Assembly (NCBI GenBank): GCA_030265395.1
Contig: JARFYF010000012.1
Location: 23,930,160-23,993,930, forward strand
Source: Rhina ancylostomus
Taxonomy: Eukaryota
Length of the DNA stretch: 63,771 bases
Direction: 5' to 3'
Below, one piece after another: positions 54,301 to 63,771 of the stretch. A model generated the notes under the pieces. It was not told the origin of the DNA, ran no database searches, and saw only the letters and a list, made by a program, of their open reading frames with translations. The position numbers and the translations under genes were made by a program. Position 1 is the stretch's first letter. The number at the start of each line of letters is the position of its first letter.

Positions 54301-55659
54301 CTCTTCTGTTAGAATAAGCCTTTTTGAGTTACACTAGGTTACACTATTTTGCTTACACTGGGTTATTAGGTATAAAATGTGTCTGTCGGCTCTAATGTGT
54401 AGTCAATGGGTATAATTTGTAGACATTACCAGTAATGTGTAGACAGTGAGTATGATGAATAAGCAATTAGGGATTAATTTTAAGTTAAAGGTAGGACATA
54501 AGAGTAATAATAAAATTACTGAACAAGATAAAAATGTACTGCTCTGGAAGCAGTTTGGTAAAACACGTATCCTCTTGTAAGCATTGTAAAAATATGAATT
54601 TAGGTTTTTAAATTGTGCCAAAATGGAGAACAGAAGTCTAATGGTTAAAAGAGGCCAAATCTATTGCTGAAATATTCACACAGGATGGAACAACAAGATA
54701 GGAACCCACCGTCCTGTGAAAGACACTACTGAGAAGCAAAGACCGAGTAGAGACACACCCTATCTTGGCACAGAATAAGTAGAAATGTATGGCAAAGGAA
54801 GGATCGATAAATAATTTCAGCATCCACAGGAAATTAAATGGAAGAGAATTGATAAGACGAACAGGAAAATAAAAGCAAAATAAAAGTTATATTGTGTTAA
54901 TAGGGAAGTAAAGGATTATAAAACTGTTAAAGTTAGGACATCTCTTTGCTTCAACCTTCTTAGAAATTCTATTTCCAGGAAGGGTTATAGGACCCAGAGT
55001 TTAACAACAGGAGTTAAAATGTAATGTTAGCAGATCTGCTGAAGCAGGCCTGTAGGTAGGACAAACAACCCAGTTAATTTATCCAGGACATACTTAGTAT
55101 ACTGTTGGCCATGATAGATTGCTGGGCAGTGGGAAAGGCAAGAGGCACCAATATCGTTATGATAAATAAGCAGGATGCAGGCATGCTGTGAAGCATGAAA
55201 GAATAAGGCAAAAAATGTTTCTAAAAATGGCACAGGAGACCAGATGAGAAGAGTCTGCCTTTGAGAGGATCGGTGCTAGGTTCAGTATAACACTCCTGCA
55301 GATTCAGAGAAGTTGGAAGTTTTGGAACTATAATGATGAAATAACAGTCATCTGCCCAGTTTGATTCACTGTACAAATGGATCAGAGTGACCTACAACCT
55401 ATGTTGATGATTTCCAAATTACAATTAGTGCATTGCAGAATCTAATTGTTAAATACAAATCTTTGGAAATCTGGCATCAATATAGGTTATAGGTCACTCT
55501 GATCCATTTTCCAGCTCAGCCTGCTACACTGTCTGAAAGACAATGGCACCCACAATGCGTGTTAAGTTGACTATTTGACTAAGTTTTGTGAATCACCTAA
55601 TTTAATGGAATAGCTGCTTTTTCCAAGGAAACAAAACGATGAAGCTCTTTAAAAAGATT

Positions 55660-55780
55660 ATTATGGTGAAGAGTCATTGAACTGAAATGTTAACTCTTTA
55701 CAGATGCTGTCTGATCTGCTGAGTAATTCCAACATTCACTGTTTTCATTTCAGGTTTCCAGCTTCTATAGATTTTTGTGT
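55660..55780 (+). mobile_element. Penelope-derived terminal repeat (solo)
   Basis: CTGAAATGTTAACTC...ACAGATGCTGTCTGATCTGCTGAGTAATTCCAACATT...TTTCAGGTTTCCAGCTTCT, similar to 29765-29870. Confidence 0.7.
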
Positions 55781-56251
55781 TTCAATGTCTTTGTCTAGTT
55801 ATGGGCCAGGCCAAAGATGGCTTCAAAAAAATCTTAACCAAGCAGATTCATTAATGAAGCCAGCTTTACTTGGCTAAGGACTGATTCTGAAAAACTGTTA
55901 GGGGATATTGAACAATTGCAGAATCACTTGAGACCCAGGTCTGTTATAAGCATCGAGGGTTTATTGCTTATCACCAGTGGACATAAGTTGTGTGTGGTCC
56001 AGACAACTTTTCCCCAGAATAATATTACTAAACCTTTTTTCAGCTCATCCCCAGTTGTCAACAGACCAATAATATTAACAATTAATTATATTCATTCAAG
56101 GCATACCCAATCAAGTATAAAAGTACGGTTTAACTACCTTACGGCCAGATAATAGATAGCTCTGAGTCATCCCAGGTGTTTACCAGATACCTTGTTCACT
56201 GTCTCTGAGCCATAACAATGGCCCTCGTATTCAGTGACCTTGAATTGATAA

Positions 56252-56660
56252 ACATAGAAAGTAGAACAGTACATCACAGGAACAGGCCCTTCAGACCACG
56301 ATGTCTGTGCCGAACACGATGCCGAATTAAACTAAATCTCTACAGTATCCCTCCATTCCCTGCATATTCATGTGTCTAACAGCCTCTTAAACATCACTAT
56401 CATGAGTGCCTCCACCAATACCTCTGGCAGCTGGTTGCAGGCACCCACCACTCTCTGCCTCGCACATCTCCTTTAAACTGTACCCCTCTCACCTGAAATG
56501 TTTTCCTCTAGTACTTGACATTTTTACCCTGGGGAAAAGATTCTGGCTGTCTACTCTACCTTTACCTCTCATAATTCTATAAACTTCATTCAGGTCTCCC
56601 GTCTGCCTCTGATGCTCCAGACAAAACAACCCAAATTTGTCCAACCTCTCCTTATGGCCC
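56252..56660 (-). mobile_element. CR1 (HER1-like) LINE 3' end
   Basis: Same family as 14055-14326; ERLDKFGLFCLEHQRQTGDL.EVYRIMRG-like C-terminal motif. Confidence 0.88.
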
Positions 56661-56914
56661 ATTCCCAAGTTACAGCTCTTTTCCTTAGGAAAAGAAACTG
56701 CAACATGACAAATAACAATTTTAGTAAAGCTGTGTTCACACTCATTATGATTCCTGCTTGATTAACTTGCTCCAACCAAGTGGAGATTTCAGACTCTAAA
56801 CCTCTCAAGTGTTAAACCTCTGCTCCATTGATTCCAATGCAAGCAGATCCTGTTCTCAGCTCCTTCTGCTGTGCTCTCTGCTCCATCTTCCCGCTCAGTC
56901 TGCTGTGCTATGGT

Positions 56915-57410
56915 ATTATGGAATTTTTACAATAGAGGAGTAGACCATTTGGCCTCAAGTTCCCATCAGCTCTTTACAAAAGCAATCTGATCAGTCCCAT
57001 TTCCCAACTCTTTCACAACTGCCCACTTATTATTTTTTCATCAACTGCCTAACTTCCTTCTGACAGCGATGATTGAATCCGCTTCCACCATCACTCCACG
57101 CTGTGAATATTTGATTATGATGATACATTGACTGTAAATGTCTTATTTGTCATATTTCCCCTGCTTGTTTTGCCTGTTATGCTAAATCTGTAACCACTGG
57201 TTCTTGGCTCTTCAGCCAATGGAAATTTCTCTTTATTCACCTTGGATGATTTTGAACTCTTGTATCTTATCAAGAAAGCAAACATATTTTTCTAATCTGT
57301 GAAGTTCCTCTTCTCCAGGATTATTTTATTAAATCATTTCCACACCCTTTTCAGGTCTTCTCATCCTTCCTGTGAAACAGTGGATAGAATTGGATGTCTT
57401 ACTCTAATCA
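56915..57410 (-). mobile_element. Older CR1 LINE 3' fragment
   Basis: GATTGAATCCGCTTCCACCA (VVEADSI) and CR1-like 3' UTR; heavily decayed. Confidence 0.55.
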
Positions 57411-57554
57411 ATGGATTTTAGAGGTTCAGTATGAATTCCTTGTTTTTTCCATCTTTGTAAACAGTCCCTTTGGATCAAGGATGATTTCCTTCCACTCCAG
57501 TTAAATGGGTTCTGAAATGGCTGTTGAAGCAAATGTGTGATTTGCAGGCTCTTC

Positions 57555-57660
57555 CGCAGGTAGGACATGAGGTTCTTGATGGGATGGCTGAATGGTTAGT
57601 TAAGGAGCACAGGTAGGACATGAGGTTCTTGATGGGATGGCTGAATGGTTAGTTAAGGAG
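57555..57660. repeat. 53-bp tandem duplication (51 bp identical)
   Basis: CAGGTAGGACATGAGGTTCTTGATGGGATGGCTGAATGGTTAGTTAAGGAG at 57557-57607 and 57610-57660. Confidence 0.95.
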
Positions 57661-58712
57661 GTGATTCACTCCTTCCACCATTTATACTATGTACTTCTGT
57701 GTACTCCTGATATATATCCAGGACTCACAGTTCCATCCCAAATGCTCCTTCACCATTTTGAGTGGTCATGGGCCAGTGAGTCTCATGAGTAGATGCAGGT
57801 TACCCTTTTGTTTAGGAGCCTTTGAGAATACCTTTAAAAGATTTCCACTGTTCATCTGATAAATACTTGCTATGATGGATCACAGAGTAGTGTGCCTATT
57901 TCAGGTGTCTGGTGTTGGCGACATGAAAAATGTAGTTGGCTGTGAGAATCAACCAAGTGTAATTAGGGCCTTAATGTTGTTCATGTTGGTTTGGGAGTGG
58001 TGCCTGCTTCACCTGCTGATGGATATGGGGATTTTTGTGGATACGATGTTGGAGGAACCTCTCCAGTTCTTTGAGATGCCTGCTGTTGACTATTAATGCA
58101 AAAGCATACAGGAGGACAGTGATCACTTCTGCCAGGTGGACCATGAGCTTTGTCGCCTTTGACCTTCTTTGACCAGGTTTGACATCTTGACCTTCAAATG
58201 TTTTTTTTTTCCTCAGAAGACCAAAGGTTTGCTGATGTTTGATGATTAAATTCACCATCATCAAAGGAATATAGGAACATCCATGTTTTCCAAGGTCTCC
58301 TCTTGGAACTTGATTGTTGGGAGGCAGTGTTGTAAGCAGAGACAGATGGGAAGAGTAACTTCACATTGTAGAAGGTTGGTGTAAGGCCCAGTCATTCATA
58401 TGTTTCAGTGAATGAGTCAACAATGACTTGGAGCTTGGTTACTGAATATGCACATGTGCAAATGTCACCTGTTTACTGCAAATTGATGAGTGAGGTTGGA
58501 ACGGCCTTGGTTCTGGAGTGGAGGTGAAATAGGATGAACCCTTTTGTTCTATAGATTAGCTCCACTGCACAAGAAACATTAGATGTGAATTTGAGTATCA
58601 AGGTACTAGAGAAATATTGATGGAAGTGCTGGCAATGAAACAGCTGTCTTTGATTCTAGTCTGCCCTCAGGTTGCATCCATCATGGACCCCTTGGTTAGG
58701 ATCATAGCTTAC

Positions 58713-58976
58713 AGATGAAGAGGAATTTCTGAGGGCCGCTAACTTTAAGAAGGAGTATGCACAGGCCCTCTTGACTGATGACGTCACAAGCTGTNNNNNN
58801 NNNNNNNNNNNNNNNNNNNNNNNNNNNNNNNNNNNNNNNNNNNNNNNNNNNNNNNNNNNNNNNNNNNNNNNNNNNNNNNNNNNNNNNNNNNNNNAGATGA
58901 AGAGGAATTTCTGAGGGCAGCTAACTTTAAGAAGGATTATGCACAGTCCCTCTTGACTGATGAAGTCAAAAGCTTT
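58713..58976. other. False duplication across a 100-N assembly gap
   Basis: 82 bp before the gap (58713-58794) repeats after it (58895-58976) with six mismatches. Confidence 0.85.
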
Positions 58977-60759
58977 AATATAGTATAGTCCCTGGTGCTG
59001 GTCCCTGCACTAACCTACCTTTTGAAACTGATACACACTGAAGATCTACAAGATGGACAGAATCTTCCCCCCATTACAAAATGGCTCTTCAGCCACAGTG
59101 AAGGGGAAGTTGAAGAAGATCCTGCTGATGAATTTCCCTGTGGCAGGGAGGCTCTGCTGTAGGTACCACATTTGTCTCCTTTCTTGAAGATGGTCACAAT
59201 TGCAGTGTCTCTGAGGTACACTGGCATGACCCCTTCCTCCCTGACATGGGAGTTGCAGCAGTGAATTTGTGTCTGAAGATTCTCTCCACCAAGTTTTAGA
59301 ACTTCAGCAGGGAAACCATCTGCTTCAGAGGCCTTGTTGTTTCTCAGTTATCATGTGACCTTATTGATCTCTTGCATTAATGTTCAATTAAAATCCAGTC
59401 AATTAATGCTTAAAGTCCACAATTCTGTGTATGCACCTAAAATCACATTGTTAACCTATCATGCCACCTTCAAAGATTTGTGCATGTAAACTCTTGCTGC
59501 TCATGCCCTGATTTAGAATTGTACTGTTTCCTTAAATCACTCCGAGGTGCTCTCTGTATCATTGTCCTGTTCTCTCATCTGGGCCGTCTGTCTGAGAACC
59601 ATACTGGGATATTGTACAAACCTCTATCAATGATAAAGAGAGAGGAATCTCAAAGAACTCCTTTCATGCTAAAAGTAATACAAACAGAGGTTTGGAACAC
59701 AACTTATTCAGTGGAGGGAGAGGATGGGGAATCATGCTTTTAACTGATAAATTATAATGTTGAGTAATTACTCTGAATAAACCTTCCTGGTAGACTGCTA
59801 TACAAATGTTCTGGAGCTTATAACTAAGATAATGACTAAACTTGTATGGCACATTGAAAACAGGAGCATGAGGAAGGGGCAGCATAATTTAAGAGACAAA
59901 TCCAAATGTATCCGATCTTACCACAAAAATAGTCTGGAACAACAGCAACAAATGTGTTCATACCGTTTTAATTACACAGCAGGTATAAGCTAACTGCAGC
60001 CCAACATAAAACCTTTATGTTAAGAGTGCACAGTCAAGCTGTCAATATCCTGGCATGTTTTAAACTCAAAATTAAAGAATAACACTGCACAGACATAGGT
60101 CATTTAGCTCATCGTCAAACACTGACACACAAAGAGCATTAGAGTTGATCAGGAGGATGTACAACCATTTAAAGTTGAGTGGCTTTGGAGAGACCCTTTA
60201 AACAGAAGCATGTTACACAAAGTACATGTATAGGCAAACTTTCTTGATATACTTAACTATTACTTGGGGTGTCCGTGCTGACCACCCACCCTGCTCGTGC
60301 TTCTGGATCTGATTTGTATTGATTTTGTGTTAAACCATATTAAATAACCAAACGCATCAAAAGCAGGCAAAGCATAAACTTCTAATGAAAGTCTGCTCAG
60401 CGTGTATGAAAACAACCAATGAATAATAAATGACCAATGAGCAGAAGCAATCACTTCAAAAAGGCAACTCAAAAGGCTCCACGCATTTTAAAAAAGATAT
60501 TTTTGCAGCTATCTTGAATTTACTCTACAGTGCAAATCTTATTATTGCCAATAAGTTTGCAGTATACTAAAGATAGANNNNNTTATCCAATTAAATGCTA
60601 TTCAACTTGTATAGCATTCTGTTCAATGGAAATGGGGAATGTCTGTTTCTCTGAACAACCTTTTTGAATTCATAGCATTTGCCAGATATCACAATCTACA
60701 AAACAAAGAGATTCAACAAAGTAATAATCTTGTATTTCCAGCAAGCCTTGGCAACTGCA

Positions 60760-61000
60760 GCTCCAACACACCTCTTGTGACTCTCTGCAAACACTCTGCA
60801 GGTAAAAACTCCCAGCATGCACTGGTGTTTACAGCCTTTAACATGCCTTGGTGTTAATCTATGTAAACACCCTGTAGCAAAATCTCCCAGTTTACACTAT
60901 TACCTTGTTGCTCCTATGCCCTGGCAGCAGTCTGGAGAAAATTCCCAGCACACACTATGTCTACAGCCTCTTGCATATCCTGGTGCAAGCCTATGTAAAC
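60760..61000. repeat. Degenerate minisatellite, unit about 60-75 bp, about 3.5 copies
   Basis: Recurrent AAA.(C/T)TCCCAG...CACT, TACAGCCT and CTATGTAAAC blocks. Confidence 0.7.
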
Positions 61001-61379
61001 TTAATACCTGAGAGTTATTGCCAAAAACAAAGCAGAACTGGGAGCCTGAGCCTATAGCTATACAATGGGCAGTTTGCTTTCGTTGGCTAAAATTACTTGC
61101 GACTCACAGCACTTATGACCTGTCCAATGGGTCTGTCATCACAATTGTAAGCAACATCTCTCAACCAAACTGGCAGAAATTCAGATTTTGAAAGCCACAG
61201 GATGAATTTCTCTAAAAGAACCAGTTTACTGCTCCTGATGTGACAAAGCATAAAAATTAACACTTCAATTTTGCTTTAATAATTGATATTTCCTTTACAT
61301 GTACTGTCAGAGAAATGAGAATCTTGAGGTTTTACCTGCATAGGCCTGATCTCACTGTCATTGGGTCATACTATACCAA

Positions 61380-62070
61380 ATAACTTGCATTTAATCAGCA
61401 TCTGTAGTGTGGGCAAAGAATTCAAGGAGTGACGTCAAACAAGATTTGATAAAAAACCACACGAAGAGTTATTGGGCCAAGTGACCTTCATCATACATGG
61501 AAGTTTTTAAGGAGCATTTTATAGGAGAGGGAGGTTGGGAAGCAGACAGGTTTATGGATTATATCTTCACTGACCAAGACCCTAAGCCCTCTTTTTCAAA
61601 ATATGGTATTATGGGGGAAGCATAGGGTGATAGTAAGTGAAGATGCAACACTAATGGAGATTCAGTGAAAACAAAAAAGCAAGGAGGCAAGAACTGAACA
61701 TCTCTTTCTCATTTCTGGTAATATTGTCTCTCAGGCTGAGATGGTGACAGTGATGGGAAAGGGTGAGACCATGGAAGGATTTAAGAATTTTAAAATTATT
61801 GCTAGACCAAACGCCAATGCAGATCACAGAGCATAGGTGAATGGGACGTGGTGAGAGTTAGGATTCAAGCAACAGAGTTTGGATGAACTTTAGAGAGAGT
61901 AGAAAATGGAATAGTTTGGTTTTGAGGTAGGAAAGAAATGACTGGGGGTTTCAGCAGCAGATGAGCTGGCGAAAAGATGGAGGCAATGTCATGGAGATGG
62001 AAGTAGATGGTTTTGGTGGTCAATATAGTTGAAAGCTCAACTCGGGGTCAAATGAGAAGCCAGAGTTAGT
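61380..62070 (-). mobile_element. L2-type LINE 3' fragment
   Basis: AACTTGCATTTAA..AGC 3' end; DLHW...FKIL..SFHGLTL-like remnant at 61755-61850. Confidence 0.65.
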
Positions 62071-62079
62071 TCAGGCTCT

Positions 62080-62250
62080 CACCACATGTTTCAGTTGGCT
62101 CTCGGACTGGTAGCAATTTTGCTGTTCAACATTCTTCTTGGCCAATTGCAGGTCTCCCTCCTCCAATCTCTACCATTGGCTTCTGGTCCAGAAATGCTTT
62201 GATTTGAAGTTTAACAAATCCCTCCATGGCTTCACCCTTCCTGCCACTGT
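62080..62250 (+). mobile_element. L2-type LINE fragment in opposite orientation
   Basis: ORF 62138 includes LYHWLLVQ...FNKSLHGFTLP, matching L2 LHWLPV...FKSLHGLAP. Confidence 0.6.
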
Positions 62251-63771
62251 CTTGCATGTTTTAAGATCGAATAGTAAGTACGTTTTAGATCCAGCAACAA
62301 GACTAATATTAGACAGCAACTCTCAAGTAATTAAAATCAGGTTCATGCCAGTGGTGCATTTAGACATAATGCAAAGCTTGTTTAATTTTTGTTTATTTAT
62401 TACTGAAGGAACAGTTCTGAATTTTTACTTTCTCATTATAGGCAGATTATTGAAGCAGCATGGTATTTTATTTACTCATGACTTAAAAGATTTTTGTACT
62501 CAAGCCTTACTTTAAATCAAGAAGGTTGCCTACATTCTTAAATATTTACTGTGACTGAATGCTTAAAGGTCAAATGATTACCATGCATGTATGTTACCTC
62601 CTTCAGAATATGGTATTTAAGACAAATTATGCAATAAAGCAACAGTCATTCTAATTAAGCTACCATCTGTTTGTATAAGTTACTTTTTATGATCTTAATG
62701 ATGATTCTGTGCATTTTAATTATGTAGCCACTTCTAATCAGTCTGAAAAGTGACTGCTTGATAACAGGTTTGCCAAAATATATTAGGAGAATTAGACTGC
62801 AATGCTTAGTTTGCTATGTCTAAATGCTTAATAATTGACTGAAAAGTAATTTTATAATCAACTTGTTGCCATCTTATTTCCCAGATTTCATTAACATTCA
62901 TTTTGAAGGATGCAAATAATGTTATCTACTGGGTAAGTAAAGGGGGGAACAATTATTATTTTCTAATTAATTGATCAGTTAATGAATCACAAAAGTGTGT
63001 AATGATTTCACCCTTCATGGGACAATGGGCACAAAGCTGCACATAATTTAAAAGGGCACAGGACCTACTCTTTTGTTTAGTAGTTGTGGCGAGGCACTTA
63101 CTGAGGCAGAGTTGTCTGTGGCTGGTATTCTAATAATTAGTTATAGTTTGGTGACGTTACTGGACTGGAGCTGATTCTTGAAAAGGATTGGGGATAGTCA
63201 GCTCAGCAGTTTGACTGTGTAAAATCTTGATGTTTTAAGGATATTAAAAAAAATTATGTGCATATTTTACTGCCAAATATCTAAATTGTGCTGATTAAGC
63301 AGCACTGCTGTGATAATGAGGAAATCCAGAGATAAATGGCATGATGTAAAAAGGACAAAGGGAATCATTATAAAATTCCCATAATTACAACCTTCCTTAG
63401 CCTATATCCTGGGGTACTCAAACTTCCAAAAGTGGATTCCTTTTATAAGCCACTTTGATATACCATGGCCTCTAATCTGATATTCTTTTAAGACACTGTT
63501 ATTCATAAATTGCCAATAAAACAGATTCACTTTCTAGCATGCCCACATTAAAAACTGGTTTGTGCATATTCAATAAAAGTGGACACTACTGTAACATGTA
63601 ATCTTTTCAGTACATATTCATAAAACATACCTTTGCCCATTTTGCCAAAATTTTCCTGTGTTTCAGGGATATAGCTAAATGTTTTTGTTTTAACTGTGCC
63701 TGAAGGACTCTGTGGAACCCTTGTTGTTTTCATAATCAATAAAGGATTTGATTTCACTAGGTTTGTGGCTT

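Larger units (their letters stand above)
57455..59370 (-). pseudogene. Decayed RTE-clade LINE, 5'-truncated (RT through 3' end)
   Basis: LRDTAIVTIFKKGDK, LQ*TGD (YADD position)...KLQVIVDSFTETYE.LGL, FGLLRKK.FEGQD.KP, VLLYA...SRHLKELERF.Q motifs in order; multiple stops and frameshifts. Confidence 0.88.

Noticed and set aside
58713-58976. LTR pair or real direct repeat
   Set aside because: Copies abut an N gap and differ only by A>C/T>G changes; best explained as contig overlap
60760-61000. CRISPR-like repeat-spacer array
   Set aside because: Units diverge along their whole length, no unique spacers, no cas genes, vertebrate context

Overview
AT-rich, CpG-depleted vertebrate DNA whose repeat content (V-domain and Deu-domain tRNA-derived SINEs; CR1, L2, Rex1/Babar, RTE and Penelope remnants) points to a cartilaginous fish, probably a batoid (inference). 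I found no recognisable host protein-coding exon, RNA gene or intact transposon ORF. The supplied ORFs are chance ORFs or decayed retroelement pieces, so this looks like a large intron or gene desert. Most notable are: a decayed ~1.6 kb Vingi/Ingi-like LINE; a Deu-SINE split by an inverted-repeat Penelope-derived element with decayed hammerhead-like cores; two V-SINEs with different LINE-derived tails; and several blocks without recognisable repeats that carry splice-site pairs, motif clusters or hairpin chains (about 9-11, 22.8, 25.8-26.9 and 37.5 kb). Several N-gaps are artefactual contig overlaps. I cannot support a new biological system here. Family assignments rest on remembered consensus motifs and manual translation, not database searches, and boundaries are approximate.
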